NCBI GenBank assembly: GCA_033549025.1
Contig: JAWSUS010000004.1
Location: 1 to 64,000 of the forward strand
Source of the DNA: Desulfuromonadales bacterium
Lineage (GTDB): Bacteria; Desulfobacterota; Desulfuromonadia; Desulfuromonadales; SZUA-540
DNA: 64,000 bases
Reading direction: 5' to 3'
The position numbers and the translations under genes were made by a program. Positions 22,274 to 33,260 of this stretch are shown here, piece by piece. Position 1 is the first letter of the stretch; each line of letters begins with the position of its first letter. The notes beneath the pieces are model-generated. The model did no database searches and was not told the DNA's origin. It was given only the letters and a program-made list of their open reading frames with translations.

Positions 22274-24919
22274 TTACTTCAGTGCTTCGGCGACCAGGGC
22301 CTCGACGTCTTTTAAGGCCGCTGCCAGTTGTTCCGGCTGACTGCCGCCGGCCTGGGCCAGGTCGGGACGGCCGCCCCCCTTGCCGCCGACCTTCTCGGCT
22401 AGCTCCTTGATAAGCTGCCCGGCATGGAGGCGTCCGCTCAGGTCCTTGGTCACCGCCACCAGCAGATTGACCTTGCCTTCATAGTCACAGCCAAGCACCA
22501 GAACGCCCGACTGCAGGCGGTCGCGCAGTTGGTCGGCCAGCTCCCGCAGGGCCTTGCCGTCCATGGCGGCGACGCGGGTCGCCAACAGCTTGACGCCGGC
22601 CACTTCCTTGACCTGATCCAGCAACTGGTCAGCCTGGCCCGACTGCAGACGGCCCTGGAGAGATTCGAGCTCGCGCTCCAGCATTTTCTGCTGCTCCAGC
22701 AGCTTCTGCACCCGTTTGGCCAGCTGGTCGCGGTTGCTTTTGACTAGGGTCGCCAGGTTGTCGAGATATTCCTCCTGTTCCTGAACCGCCTCCAGGGCCT
22801 TGAGGCCGGTAACGGCCTCGATACGCCGCACCCCGGCGGCGATGCCGCTCTCCTGCAGAATCTTGAAGAGGCCGATGTCGCCGGCGGACTGGGTGTGGGT
22901 GCCGCCGCAGAGCTCCAGGCTGAACTCGCCGACGCGAACCACGCGCACGGTATCGCCGTATTTTTCGCCGAAGAGCGCCGTGGCTCCGGCGGAGACGGCC
23001 TCCTGGTGAGCCATTTCCCGGGTTTCGACTTTCTGGTTCTCGCGGATGCGGCGGTTGACCTCGCGCTCGACCCGCAGGAGCTCTTCCTTGCTCAGCGGGG
23101 AGAAGTGAATGAAGTCGAAGCGCAGCCGTTCGGGGGTGACGAGGGAGCCGGCCTGCTTGACGTGGTCGCCGAGAAGGTCGACGAGTACGGCCTGCAGGAT
23201 ATGGGTGGCCGTGTGGTTGAGGGCCGTGGCCTGACGGATTTCGCCGTCGACCTTGAGATCGGCGGCGTCCCCCTGGCGCAGGGTCCCCGAGAGGACGCGC
23301 ACCTGATGAACGGTCAGTTCCGGAATCGGTTTGCGGGCGTCAAGGATTTGGCCATGGCCCAGGCCGGTGCTGATCTCGCCGCGGTCGCCCACCTGGCCGC
23401 CCGACTCGCCGTAGAAGGGGGTGACGCTGGTGATGACTTCCACCTCTTCCCCCTCCCGGGCTTCTTCGAGGCGCTGGCCGTCCTTGAGGATGGCCAGGAT
23501 GGTGCCGTAATCGGTGAGGGCTCCATAACCCGTGAATTCGCAGCGCATCCCTTCTTCAACCAGTTGACGGTAGATGGCGGCGATGGCCTCCTCGCCCGAG
23601 CCTTTCCAGTGCTCCCGCGCCTTCTGCCGCTGCTTTTCCATGCAGGCTTCAAAGCCCGCCTCGTCCAGGGTGAAGTGTTCGGCTTCGACGATATCGGCGG
23701 TCAGATCAACAGGGAAGCCGAAGGTGTCGTAGAGTTGGAAGACGACGTCGCCGGGGACGACGGTCTCCCCCTGTTTCTTCAGCTTTTCCACGGCTTCGTT
23801 GAGAATGCGCAGACCGTTGTCGAGGGTCTGCATGAAGCGCTCCTCCTCGTTGAGGACGACCTTGGCGACATAGTCGCGGCGCTCGGCCAGTTCGGGATAG
23901 GCTCCCTGCATCTGTTCCATAACTCGCTGGGCGGTGCGGTAGAGCATCGGTTCCTGAAAGCCAAGCATCTTGGCGTGGCGCATGGCCCGACGCATGATGC
24001 GGCGCAGCACATAGCCACGCCCCTCGTTGCTGGGCAGCACGCCGTCGGCGATGAGGAAGGCGGTGGCCCGGCTGTGGTCGGCGATGACCCGCATGGAGAC
24101 ATCATCGCTGGTGGCGGCGCCGTAAGCCTTGCCGGCAATTTCTTCCACGTAGGCGATGAGCGTGCGCAGCAGATCGGTGTCGTAGTTGGAGGTGACTCCC
24201 TGCATGACCGTGGTGATGCGTTCCAGCCCCATACCGGTATCGACGGAAGGTTTGGGCAGGGGCGTGAGGGTGCCGTCGGCGCTGCGGTCGAATTGCATGA
24301 AGACGTTGTTCCAGATCTCCATGTAGCGGTCGCAGTCGCAGCCCACGGCGCAGTCGGGACTGCCGCATCCGACCTCGGGGCCGTTGTCCCAGAAGATCTC
24401 GCTGCAGGGGCCGCAGGGGCCGGTGTCCCCCATGGACCAGAAGTTGTCTTTTTCGCCGAAGCGGTAGATGCGCTCGCGGGGGACGCCTTCCTGTTCGTGC
24501 CAGATGTCGGCCGCCTCATCGTCGTCGGTGAAGACGGTGACATAAAGGCGGCTCTTGTCCAGCTTGAGGTCGACGGTGAGGAATTCCCAGGCGAAGGCGA
24601 TGGCCTCCTTTTTGAAGTAGTCGCCGAAGGAGAAGTTGCCGAGCATCTCGAAGAAGGTGTGATGGCGGGCGGTGCGGCCGACATTCTCGAGGTCGTTGTG
24701 CTTGCCGCCGGCGCGTACGCACTTTTGCGAGGAGGCGGCCCGCACGTAGGGGCGTTTCTCGCGGCCGAGAAAGAGATCCTTGAACTGGTTCATCCCGGCG
24801 TTGGTGAAGAGCAGGGTCGGATCGTTGTGAGGAACCAGAGAGGAAGAGGAAACCACTGTGTGGCCGCGGTCCTCGAAAAATTTGAGAAAGCGGGCTCGAA
24901 TGTCGTTGCCGGTCATCAT
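22274..24919 (-). CDS. alaS: Alanine--tRNA ligase
   Basis: [42 protein letters not shown] and GGKGGG. Confidence 0.98.
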   Translation of the reverse strand: MMTGNDIRARFLKFFEDRGHTVVSSSSLVPHNDPTLLFTNAGMNQFKDLFLGREKRPYVRAASSQKCVRAGGKHNDLENVGRTARHHTFFEMLGNFSFGDYFKKEAIAFAWEFLTVDLKLDKSRLYVTVFTDDDEAADIWHEQEGVPRERIYRFGEKDNFWSMGDTGPCGPCSEIFWDNGPEVGCGSPDCAVGCDCDRYMEIWNNVFMQFDRSADGTLTPLPKPSVDTGMGLERITTVMQGVTSNYDTDLLRTLIAYVEEIAGKAYGAATSDDVSMRVIADHSRATAFLIADGVLPSNEGRGYVLRRIMRRAMRHAKMLGFQEPMLYRTAQRVMEQMQGAYPELAERRDYVAKVVLNEEERFMQTLDNGLRILNEAVEKLKKQGETVVPGDVVFQLYDTFGFPVDLTADIVEAEHFTLDEAGFEACMEKQRQKAREHWKGSGEEAIAAIYRQLVEEGMRCEFTGYGALTDYGTILAILKDGQRLEEAREGEEVEVITSVTPFYGESGGQVGDRGEISTGLGHGQILDARKPIPELTVHQVRVLSGTLRQGDAADLKVDGEIRQATALNHTATHILQAVLVDLLGDHVKQAGSLVTPERLRFDFIHFSPLSKEELLRVEREVNRRIRENQKVETREMAHQEAVSAGATALFGEKYGDTVRVVRVGEFSLELCGGTHTQSAGDIGLFKILQESGIAAGVRRIEAVTGLKALEAVQEQEEYLDNLATLVKSNRDQLAKRVQKLLEQQKMLERELESLQGRLQSGQADQLLDQVKEVAGVKLLATRVAAMDGKALRELADQLRDRLQSGVLVLGCDYEGKVNLLVAVTKDLSGRLHAGQLIKELAEKVGGKGGGRPDLAQAGGSQPEQLAAALKDVEALVAEALK

Positions 24920-24929
24920 GGAATCTGTC

Positions 24930-25388
24930 TTACCCTTTCTTTTGGACCGCGTCCATCACGTCAGCAAAGGTGAAGCCGCGGCGCATGAAATAATGAATCA
25001 CCCGGCGGCGTTGCCGGTCATCTGCGCTCTGATAATCAAACTGGGGGAACCGCCGGTCAAGCAGATCGGCCAGCAGCCCTTTTTCGTCCTGTTCGGCCCG
25101 GGCCGCCTCAAGAGCCCGGTGGGCCAGACTGTCTTCGATGCCGAGGCGCTGCAGTTCGAGGAGCAGCCGCTTTCCCGTCGCCCGCCCCTGGCTGAGCAGC
25201 TGGCGAGCCCGCTCTTCGGCGAAGCGTTCGTCGTCGATATAGCCCAGCTGCCGGCAGCGCTCCAGGCTGGCGGCAATGTCCTGACCGGAAAACCCTTTGC
25301 GCCGCAGTTTGCCTCGCAGCTCTTCTTCGCTATGTCCGCGCCGGGCCAGCAGCCGCAGGGCGGCGCCCATGACCTCAGAAGCGCTCAA
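24930..25388 (-). CDS. recX: Regulatory protein RecX (start may be ATG 25370)
   Basis: [28 protein letters not shown] and RRGF; downstream of recA. Confidence 0.9.
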   Translation of the reverse strand: MSASEVMGAALRLLARRGHSEEELRGKLRRKGFSGQDIAASLERCRQLGYIDDERFAEERARQLLSQGRATGKRLLLELQRLGIEDSLAHRALEAARAEQDEKGLLADLLDRRFPQFDYQSADDRQRRRVIHYFMRRGFTFADVMDAVQKKG

Positions 25389-26538
25389 TTTCGATGTTGT
25401 CCCCGGATTCCTCGGCCGGCTTCTCGCCCCCTTCTTTCTCGAAGGCGTCCCAGCTCAGATCCGAGGTGCTGGAAATCCCCGAAAGCTTGAGCTTGAAATC
25501 GTCCGGGTTGGAACTCTGCCGCAGCGCTTCGTCGTACGTGATGAGCTTGCGCTGCAGCAGTCCCATGAGGGACTGGTCGAAGGTCTGCATGCCGTAGGAA
25601 ACGTAACCCTGCTGGATGGTGTCGCGCAGCAGCTTGGTCTTTTCCTTGTCGTCGATAAGCTCACGGACGCGGGCGGTGGAGACCATGACTTCCACGGCCG
25701 GGACCCGCCCCTTGCCGTCGGCTCGGGGAACCAGGCGCTGGGAGACGACCCCTTTGAGGATGGCGGCCAGCTGCAGGCGGATCTGGCGCTGCTGGTAGGG
25801 AGGAAAGGCGCCGACGATGCGGTTGATCGACTCGGAGGCATCGAGGGTGTGCAGGGTCGACAGCACCAGGTGCCCCGTCTCGGCCGCGGTCAGGGCGGTC
25901 TCGATGGTCTCGTAGTCGCGCATCTCGCCGACCAGGATGACGTCGGGATCCTGGCGCAGGGCGCTCTTGAGGGCGACGTCGAAACTCACGGTGTCGAGAC
26001 CGATTTCCCGCTGGTTGATGATGCTCTTCTTGTCGCGGTGCAGGTACTCGATGGGGTCTTCGATGGTGATGATGTGTGCCGTCCGGTTGGCGTTGATGTG
26101 GTCGATCATCGAAGCCAGGGTGGTCGATTTGCCTGAGCCGGTGGTGCCGGTGACGAGGACGAGGCCGCGGGGCTCCATGGCCAGCTTTTTAAGGACCGGC
26201 GGCAGCAGCAGTTCGTCCATGTTCTTGACGTCGAAGGGGATGGAGCGCAGAACCATGGAGACGGAACCGCGCTGGGCAAAGACGTTGACGCGGAACCGTC
26301 CCAGACCCGGCACGCCGTAAGACAGGTCGAGCTCGTGCGTCTCTTCAAAGTGAGCCCGCTGGCGCTCGTTCATGATCGCCAGCGCCATCTTCTTGGTGGT
26401 CTCCGGCTCGATGCGCGGCACTTTTGGGTGCGGACGCAGGGCGCCGTCGATGCGGTAGATGGGCGGCAGCCCCGCCTTGATGTGGATGTCCGAGGCTCTG
26501 GCCTTCATGGCCACGGTTAGGATTTCGTTGAGTTCCAT
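25375..26538 (-). CDS. pilT: Type IV pilus retraction ATPase PilT family
   Basis: ASDIHI, GTTGSGKSTT, TIEDPIE, DPDVILVGEMRD, GHLVLSTLHT and GMQTFDQSL. Confidence 0.93.
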   Translation of the reverse strand: MELNEILTVAMKARASDIHIKAGLPPIYRIDGALRPHPKVPRIEPETTKKMALAIMNERQRAHFEETHELDLSYGVPGLGRFRVNVFAQRGSVSMVLRSIPFDVKNMDELLLPPVLKKLAMEPRGLVLVTGTTGSGKSTTLASMIDHINANRTAHIITIEDPIEYLHRDKKSIINQREIGLDTVSFDVALKSALRQDPDVILVGEMRDYETIETALTAAETGHLVLSTLHTLDASESINRIVGAFPPYQQRQIRLQLAAILKGVVSQRLVPRADGKGRVPAVEVMVSTARVRELIDDKEKTKLLRDTIQQGYVSYGMQTFDQSLMGLLQRKLITYDEALRQSSNPDDFKLKLSGISSTSDLSWDAFEKEGGEKPAEESGDNIEIERF

Positions 26539-26541
26539 ACT

Positions 26542-27564
26542 CTAAGCCTTTTCTGCGGCCTCTTCCGGTTTTTTCAGGCCGTAATGGGTGAGTATCTTCT
26601 CTTCGATCGCAGCGGCTGTTTCCGGGTGATCTTTGAGGAACTGCTTGGCGTTCTCCCGGCCCTGGCCGATGCGCTCGTCGCCGTAGGAGAACCAGGCGCC
26701 GCTCTTGTCGATGACGCCGGCTTCGACGCCGAGATCGACGATATCCCCCTCGCGGGAGATGCCGGCGCCGTACATGATGTCGAATTCGGCTTCCTTGAAG
26801 GGCGGGGCCACCTTGTTCTTGACGACCTTGACCCGGGTGCGGTTGCCGACGACGTCCTGCCCCTGCTTCAGGGAAGCCACGCGGCGGATGTCCATGCGCA
26901 CGGAGGCGTAGAACTTGAGGGCGTTGCCACCCGTGGTCGTTTCGGGGTTGCCGAACATGACGCCGATCTTCATGCGGATTTGGTTGATGAAGATGACGCA
27001 GCAGTTGGATTTGCTGATGGTGCCGGTGAGCTTGCGCAGGGCCTGGGACATGAGGCGGGCCTGCAGCCCCATGTGCGAGTCGCCCATTTCGCCCTCGATT
27101 TCGGCCCGGGGCACGAGAGCGGCCACCGAGTCGACCACCAGCACGTCGATGGCGCCGCTGCGGACCAGCACCTCGGCGATCTCCAGGGCCTGTTCGCCCG
27201 TGTCCGGCTGGGAGACGAGCAGGTCGTCGGTCTTGACGCCCAGCTTGCGGGCGTAATGGATGTCGAGAGCGTGTTCGGCGTCGACAAAGGCGGCGATGCC
27301 CCCCTTCTTCTGGGCTTCGGAGACAATGTGCAGGGCCAGGGTGGTCTTGCCCGAAGATTCAGGACCGAAAATCTCGATGATGCGGCCCTTGGGGACGCCG
27401 CCGACTCCCAGGGCGATATCGAGGCCCAGGGCGCCGGTGGAGATGGCCTGGACGTCGGGGAGGATGGCGTCCTCACCCAGACGCATGATGCTGCCCTTGC
27501 CGAACTGCTTTTCAATATGGCTCATGGCCAGGTCGATAGCCTGTGCGCGGTTTTTGTCCGCCAT
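26542..27564 (-). CDS. recA: Recombinase RecA
   Basis: [34 protein letters not shown] and [10 protein letters not shown]. Confidence 0.99.
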   Translation of the reverse strand: MADKNRAQAIDLAMSHIEKQFGKGSIMRLGEDAILPDVQAISTGALGLDIALGVGGVPKGRIIEIFGPESSGKTTLALHIVSEAQKKGGIAAFVDAEHALDIHYARKLGVKTDDLLVSQPDTGEQALEIAEVLVRSGAIDVLVVDSVAALVPRAEIEGEMGDSHMGLQARLMSQALRKLTGTISKSNCCVIFINQIRMKIGVMFGNPETTTGGNALKFYASVRMDIRRVASLKQGQDVVGNRTRVKVVKNKVAPPFKEAEFDIMYGAGISREGDIVDLGVEAGVIDKSGAWFSYGDERIGQGRENAKQFLKDHPETAAAIEEKILTHYGLKKPEEAAEKA

Positions 27565-27642
27565 GTCTTTCCCTTTCCATCGTTGAAGGTGTTGAAGCGG
27601 CCCCTTGCCGGGCCGGTATTGTTGCGGAGGTGAATGGTCCCG

Positions 27643-28218
27643 TCAGCCCAGCTTGACGTCTTTTCGGGGTATATGAACGGCGCCATCCGGGCCCAGTTGG
27701 CTTTCGTACAGAATCAACCGATCCACCTTGAGACTGCCGAAGTTCGCCAGGCGATAGCGGTTCAGCACTTTTGCGGCTCCGCCAAAGGGGATCCGGCAGC
27801 GCCCCAGGGTCAGGTGGGGGGTAAAGGGTCTCTCCTCAGGGGGGAGGCCGATGCCGGACAGGCCGTTTTCCAGCTGAGCATAGAGCGATGCCAGGGTTTT
27901 TCCCCCCTGAACGCCCGCCCAGATCACCCGCGGCCGCATTGTGGACGGAAAGGCGCCGAGACCACGGACGGGGGCCGAGAACGGCGCAGTGAAAGATTTA
28001 ACCGATAGCATAACTTCCCCTATTTTTTCAAGGCATTCTTCGGGGAGATCGCCGAAAAACCGGAGGGTCAGGTGCAGACTTTCAGGCCTTGTCCAGCGCA
28101 CGCCGGGCCAGTCCGCGGCCAGTGTTCTCTGCAGTTCGGTCAGGGCCTGGCGGACTTCCTCATTCAGGGAGATGGCCAGAAAGGCCCGCACCAGGGGGCT
28201 GGCATTCTCGCTCGGCAT
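27643..28218 (-). CDS. thpR: RNA 2',3'-cyclic phosphodiesterase (2H family)
   Basis: Two HxT motifs (LHLTLRF, PHLTLGR) and N-terminal RAFLAI. Confidence 0.92.
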   Translation of the reverse strand: MPSENASPLVRAFLAISLNEEVRQALTELQRTLAADWPGVRWTRPESLHLTLRFFGDLPEECLEKIGEVMLSVKSFTAPFSAPVRGLGAFPSTMRPRVIWAGVQGGKTLASLYAQLENGLSGIGLPPEERPFTPHLTLGRCRIPFGGAAKVLNRYRLANFGSLKVDRLILYESQLGPDGAVHIPRKDVKLG

Positions 28219-28226
28219 AGACGCCC

Positions 28227-30296
28227 CTAGTCCGGAAGGAGGGCGCTGCCCTCTTCCAGCGGCAGCAGTACATGAAACGCGCTGCCCTTCTGCATGGTGC
28301 CGTCACTTTCCACCCAGACCATGCCGCCATGGGCCTCCACCATCCCCTTGACCAGGGTCAGCCCCAGGCCGACCCCCTTGCCGCCGAAACGGGTATTGGA
28401 GGTGAAATGCTCGGTAATATCCCCCACCTCGTAGAACTTGTCGAAAACCTGGACATGTTCTTCCGGGGCGATGCCGACGCCGCTGTCTTCGACGCAGACA
28501 CGAATCATCGGTTTGTGTCCGGCCTGTTCAAAGAAGGAGGTGGTGAACTTGCGCAGCTCTTCCTCCCGGTGGCGCAACTCCTCCGGGGTGATGAGTCCGC
28601 CGCTGATCCGCACCTGGCCCCCGGCCGGGGTGAATTTTACCGCGTTTTCGACCAGGCGCTGGAAGGCTTTTTTCAGGTGGTGGCTGTCGCCGCAGACACA
28701 GGCCACCTCCGGCAGGTCATCCAGCTGGTAGCACAGATTCCGCTCGGCCATCACCGGGGCGAAAGCAGCGCCGACCTCCTGCAGCAGGGAGGGCAAGTGT
28801 ACCGGCTCCTGCGCCAGATAGATGCTCTGGGATTCGATGCGGGCAACTTCCAGCAGATCTTCGACGATGCTCTCCAGACGGCGTGCCCCCTGGTGGATGA
28901 TGCCGAGAATCTGTTCGCCCTCCTGATCGACGCAGCGCTGCAGACGTCCTTCGAGCATTTCCGCCCCGGAGAGGACACAGGTCAGGGGGGTGCGCAGCTC
29001 GTGGGAAGCCAGGGCAAGAAAGTTGCTCTTCATGCGGTCGATGCGCGCCAGGGTACGGTTGGATTCCTCCACCCGGCTCAGGTTTTCGCGCAGCAACTGA
29101 CGGGATCTTTCCAGTTCACGGCTGCTGGCCTCGGTCAGGCGGATCTGCCAGCGCAGGGCCTCCAGCAACTCGGCCCCCTCCACCGCTGACCCCAGATGGC
29201 GGCCGATGGTCATCAGCAGCTGGACCTGGTCGCGACTGAAGACGCGTTTGGATCGTGTAAAGACGAAGAGGATGCCGAGAGTTCTTCCCTGGGCGGTCAG
29301 GGGGATAGCCTGAAAGCCGTGCCACCCGGCTTCACGTACCGCCTGGGAAGACAGCCGGAAGTCCTTCTGGAGATTGGCCGAGGCGCGGGGGTGGCCGCTG
29401 ACTGCCACCCGCCCGGCCAGCCCCTGACCCGGCGCGAGAGCGCGAAGTTCGGCGAGCACCGGTTCTTCGATGCCCTGATGGGCCCGCAGGTCCATATCCG
29501 TGCCTTCGTGGCGAAGCAGGTAGATGCCCCCTCCGTCCGCCACCATGGCCTGGGTTACCTCGTTCAGGATGACTGTCAGCATCTCGTCCAGACCCTGGCT
29601 GGTGGCCGCGCGCCCGGCAATCTGGTTGATCAGGAGCAGATCCTGATTTTTCTGGCGCAGTTCCTTTTCGATGCGCTTGACTTCGGTGACGTCTCTGAGC
29701 ACCCCGTGGACCAGGGTTTCCTCCCCCATTTCGCCCAGGCGGGCGTGGACGGCGCCGATAAATTCGCTGCCGTCCTGGCGGCGGAAGACCAGGTTGGACT
29801 CCTCGCCATAGCCGTGCTTGAGCACCCGCTTGACCAGGCGCACATAGCGGCGGTGGTGGACGCCGGGAAAGAGCACGGACAAAGAGAGGTGGCGGGCCTG
29901 CTCCGCGCTGTAGCCCAGCAGGATTTCGGTCTGACGATTGACCTCAACCAGGGTGCCGTCCTCGGGATGGATGAAGAAAATGGCGTCGCCGGCATGATCG
30001 AGAATCTGCTGATAGCGTTTCCGGGCGATGCGGGCGCTTTTTTCCCGATGGTCGGCCTGCTCACGCCAATGCGCCGCCTCCTGCTCCAGGACTCTGTTGC
30101 GCCGGTCGAGTCGGGTGGTGAGGCGGGCATGGAGAAAGAGGAGGACCAGGACCAGGCTAAGAAGGAGCGCCGCCGCCAGCCAGGCAGACGGCTCCGGTTG
30201 GGCCAGCGAAAGAAGGACCAGGGCGAACAGTATGGCGCCCACGGTCAGGCCGGCCAGAATTTTCGTTGAACGGGTGATGGCGTTGTGTCTTTCCAT
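28227..30296 (-). CDS. Membrane sensor histidine kinase (2 TM, PAS, GAF, HisKA, HATPase)
   Basis: Two N-terminal hydrophobic helices; PAS (HAGDAIF..RDVTE); GAF; SHELRTPL, NAVKFT, DSGVGI and GVGLGL. Confidence 0.92.
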   Translation of the reverse strand: MERHNAITRSTKILAGLTVGAILFALVLLSLAQPEPSAWLAAALLLSLVLVLLFLHARLTTRLDRRNRVLEQEAAHWREQADHREKSARIARKRYQQILDHAGDAIFFIHPEDGTLVEVNRQTEILLGYSAEQARHLSLSVLFPGVHHRRYVRLVKRVLKHGYGEESNLVFRRQDGSEFIGAVHARLGEMGEETLVHGVLRDVTEVKRIEKELRQKNQDLLLINQIAGRAATSQGLDEMLTVILNEVTQAMVADGGGIYLLRHEGTDMDLRAHQGIEEPVLAELRALAPGQGLAGRVAVSGHPRASANLQKDFRLSSQAVREAGWHGFQAIPLTAQGRTLGILFVFTRSKRVFSRDQVQLLMTIGRHLGSAVEGAELLEALRWQIRLTEASSRELERSRQLLRENLSRVEESNRTLARIDRMKSNFLALASHELRTPLTCVLSGAEMLEGRLQRCVDQEGEQILGIIHQGARRLESIVEDLLEVARIESQSIYLAQEPVHLPSLLQEVGAAFAPVMAERNLCYQLDDLPEVACVCGDSHHLKKAFQRLVENAVKFTPAGGQVRISGGLITPEELRHREEELRKFTTSFFEQAGHKPMIRVCVEDSGVGIAPEEHVQVFDKFYEVGDITEHFTSNTRFGGKGVGLGLTLVKGMVEAHGGMVWVESDGTMQKGSAFHVLLPLEEGSALLPD

Positions 30297-30350
30297 ACCG
30301 GTTTCCCCTGTCAGCCCCTGACCCGGGCGGCGTCAGCGGCTATTTTCTGG

Positions 30351-31589
30351 CTATAGGGGGTGTCTGATCAGCAGGTAGCGACGAATCCAGTCGAGGGCCA
30401 TGCAGGCGGCCAGGGTGCGTACCTGGTGGCGGTCGCCGCGAAAACGGTAGCCCTTAGCCCGCTCTTCGTCTGCGGCGCTGAGGGCGATGAAGACTGTGCC
30501 GACAGGCTTCTGGGCCGTGCCGCCGTCGGGACCGGCAATGCCGGTGACGGCGATGCCCAGGCGGGTACCGGCGGCGCGGCGGATGCCGGCGGCCATGGCG
30601 AGGGCGCAGGCATCGCTGACGGCACCCTGCTCGAGAAGGATCTGTTCCGGCACCTGCAGCCAGTCCTGCTTGGCCGAGTTGGCGTAGGTGACCGCGCCGC
30701 GCTCCAGAAAAGCCGAGGCTCCCGGCAGGTCGGTCAGCCAGGTAGCGATAAGGCCGCCGGTGCAGGATTCGGCCAGGGCCAGCGTGGAGCCTGAGTCGAT
30801 GAGCCGACGAGCGACGTTTTCGGCCAGGGTCTGGCTGCCTGTGGCGACCACGAAGTCGCCGAGGGCCTGCCGCGCCTGCGCTTCGCCTCGGTCAAGCAGT
30901 TCTGCCGCCTCAGGGCGGGCGCAGCGCAATTTGACGATGACCAGCGGAAAGTCGACACCGAAGGCCAGCTGAACGCCGTCGGGCAGGGGCTGCCGGCTCA
31001 GCAGCTCCTCGACTCGCGGTTCGGACAGCCCGAAGACCTTGAGCAGTCTCTCCTGGCGGGGGGGCTGGCCGCCCTGGCGCTGCCACAGTGCCGGCAGCAC
31101 GGACTCTTCCAGCATCGCCGCCATCTCCGCCGGTACGCCGGGAAGAAAAAAGAGGGTGGCGCTGTGCCATTTCAGGCTGAATCCCGGCGCCGTGCCTTTC
31201 GGATTGGGCATGAGGGCGGCGCCTTGGGGGAGCAGGGCCTGCTTGTCGTTGCGCGGATGCATGTCGACGCCCAAGCGGGCAAAGTGCTGGCGGATCAGGC
31301 GCAGAGCCTCATCGTTGCTTTCCAGCGGCAGGCCGAAGGCGTGGGCGGCGGCAGCGGCCGTGAGATCATCGGCCGTGGGGCCGAGTCCGCCGGTGACGAT
31401 GACGACCTCTCTTCTGGCGGCCAGGGCGACCAGGGCCTCTTCGATATCCTCTTTTTCATCGCCGATGCAGAGGGATTCCCGCAGCCCATAGCCGTGTGGG
31501 CTCAGCTGGCGGGCGATGCGCCGGGTGTTGGTGTCGGCCAGTTCGCCGCTGAGCAGCTCATCGCCGATGGTCAGTACCGCGATATCCAT
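30351..31589 (-). CDS. cinA: CinA (MoCF-like pyrophosphatase plus NMN deamidase PncC)
   Basis: IGDELLSG, TGGLGPTADDLT, GTAPG, LPGVP, AESCTGG, GAVS and TGIAGP. Confidence 0.94.
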   Translation of the reverse strand: MDIAVLTIGDELLSGELADTNTRRIARQLSPHGYGLRESLCIGDEKEDIEEALVALAARREVVIVTGGLGPTADDLTAAAAAHAFGLPLESNDEALRLIRQHFARLGVDMHPRNDKQALLPQGAALMPNPKGTAPGFSLKWHSATLFFLPGVPAEMAAMLEESVLPALWQRQGGQPPRQERLLKVFGLSEPRVEELLSRQPLPDGVQLAFGVDFPLVIVKLRCARPEAAELLDRGEAQARQALGDFVVATGSQTLAENVARRLIDSGSTLALAESCTGGLIATWLTDLPGASAFLERGAVTYANSAKQDWLQVPEQILLEQGAVSDACALAMAAGIRRAAGTRLGIAVTGIAGPDGGTAQKPVGTVFIALSAADEERAKGYRFRGDRHQVRTLAACMALDWIRRYLLIRHPL

Positions 31590-31601
31590 GGCCAGTCGCT
31601 A

Positions 31602-32069
31602 TTACCCCTTGATCGTGGTTTCGAACAGGTGAAGAAAAACGCGCAGGGCGACGGCGCCGTAGATGCCGGCGACGACGTCGTCGAGCACGACCCCGTAGCC
31701 GTTTTTCATCTTCCGGTCAAACCAGGAGGCCGGCGGAATTTTGCTGATGTCGAAGAGGCGGAAAAACAGGAAGCCGGCGAGGGCGGTCGTCCAGGAAAAG
31801 GGGAGAAAGGCCACCGTCGCCAGATACCCGACCAGTTCGTCGATGACGATGCGGCCGTCGTCGACCACGCCATAGTGTTTGCCCGCTTCGCCTGCGGCCC
31901 AGAAAGAGAGAAAGAGCAGCGCCGTCCAGGTCAGGGCGTAGAGCCCCGGCGGCAGCGAAGCCAGCAGCCAGAAGGCGGGGATACCGGCCAGGGTGCCGAC
32001 GGTGCCGGGAGCGAAGGGCGAGTAGCCGAGACCGGCGTTGCTGGAGAGAAAAAGGACAAAAGGTCGCAC
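31602..32069 (-). CDS. pgpA: Phosphatidylglycerophosphatase A
   Basis: APGTVGT, IVIDELVG, FRLFDISK and GVVLDDVVAG. Confidence 0.94.
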   Translation of the reverse strand: MRPFVLFLSSNAGLGYSPFAPGTVGTLAGIPAFWLLASLPPGLYALTWTALLFLSFWAAGEAGKHYGVVDDGRIVIDELVGYLATVAFLPFSWTTALAGFLFFRLFDISKIPPASWFDRKMKNGYGVVLDDVVAGIYGAVALRVFLHLFETTIKG

Positions 32070-32075
32070 GGCTTA

Positions 32076-33260
32076 TCAGGCCTCCCCGGAAAAAAGGTGA
32101 TCGGCAGCGCGCTCCACCAGCCGATAGACTTCCGGCAGGGGCAAGCCGCTGCTCTGGGCCAGGCGCCGGCAGCTGTCGAACTCGGGGGTGACGCGCAGCA
32201 GGCGGCCGTCCTGGTAAAAAAGTTTGACTTCGGCCGGCCCCAGCGGCGTGTCAAGGCGGCGCTGCTCGCGGGGGAGCTTGAGGCGGCGAACCTGCTGCAG
32301 GCGCACGCCGCTGGCGCTGCTTTCGCGCAGGAGCAGGGTCGCCAGTTCTTCGCTGCGCTCCACCGGCGCGATGACGGTGAGACCCACGCCGGGGCGGTTC
32401 TTCTTCATCTGCAGGGGAGAAAAGGCGATGTCCAGGGCTCCTGCGGCGAGCAGATGCTCCATGAGGGCGCCGAGCCATTCCGGGTTGGCGTCATCGAGAT
32501 GCGTCTCCAGAACGCTGACGCAATCGCTCTGGGTGCTGGCCTCGTCGGTCGTGCGGCCGAGGATCCCCCGCAGCAGGTTGGGACGATCCGCCAGGTCGCG
32601 GCTGCCGACCCCATAGCCGGTGCGCTCCACCGTCATGGCCTCCAGGGGCGCAAAACGGGCGATTTCGGCGGCGATGGCGGCGCCGGTGGGCGTCACCAGT
32701 TCCTGGTCGCAGCGGCCGTCGACAACGGGCAAGCCCTGGAGGATTTCGAGGGTGGCCGGCGCCGGCAGGGGGATGGCGCCGTGGGCGCAGTGGACGGTGC
32801 CGTGACTCAGGGGCAGTGGGTCGCAGAGGATTTGGTCGATGTGCAGCTGCTCCAGGGCGAGGGCGGCGCCGACGATGTCGACGATGGAGTCGATGGCGCC
32901 CACCTCGTGGAAATGGACCTTGGCCAGGTCGACGCCGTGTACTTTGGCCTCCGCTACGCCCACCCGGCGGAAGATGCGCCGGGCCAACTCCCGGGTCGCG
33001 ACCGGCAGCGGACTCTCCGCCAGCAGGCGGTCGATGTCGGCCCAGGTGCGGTGATGGTGCGACTCCTCAAAGAGGACATCGACCTTGGTGCCGGTGATTC
33101 CCCGGCGTTGCTGGCGGCTGCTCCGCAGTTGCCAGCCTTGGATGGGCAGGGTGGCCAGGCCCGCTTCGATGGCCTGCAGATCGACGCCGAGATCGACCAT
33201 CAGGCCGAGAAACATATCACCGGAAATACCGGAAAAGGGGTCGAGATAGAGTATCTTCAT
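32076..33260 (-). CDS. larC: Nickel-pincer cofactor nickel insertase LarC
   Basis: GISGDMFLG, AEAKVHG, HFHEVGAIDSIVD, ELVTPTGAA, ETHLDD, MKKNRPG and PEFD. Confidence 0.92.
   Translation of the reverse strand: MKILYLDPFSGISGDMFLGLMVDLGVDLQAIEAGLATLPIQGWQLRSSRQQRRGITGTKVDVLFEESHHHRTWADIDRLLAESPLPVATRELARRIFRRVGVAEAKVHGVDLAKVHFHEVGAIDSIVDIVGAALALEQLHIDQILCDPLPLSHGTVHCAHGAIPLPAPATLEILQGLPVVDGRCDQELVTPTGAAIAAEIARFAPLEAMTVERTGYGVGSRDLADRPNLLRGILGRTTDEASTQSDCVSVLETHLDDANPEWLGALMEHLLAAGALDIAFSPLQMKKNRPGVGLTVIAPVERSEELATLLLRESSASGVRLQQVRRLKLPREQRRLDTPLGPAEVKLFYQDGRLLRVTPEFDSCRRLAQSSGLPLPEVYRLVERAADHLFSGEA

Noticed and set aside
27565..27642. LexA/SOS box upstream of recA (also checked upstream of ssb)
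   Set aside because: No convincing match to LexA motifs I know; recA appears to be internal to an operon.
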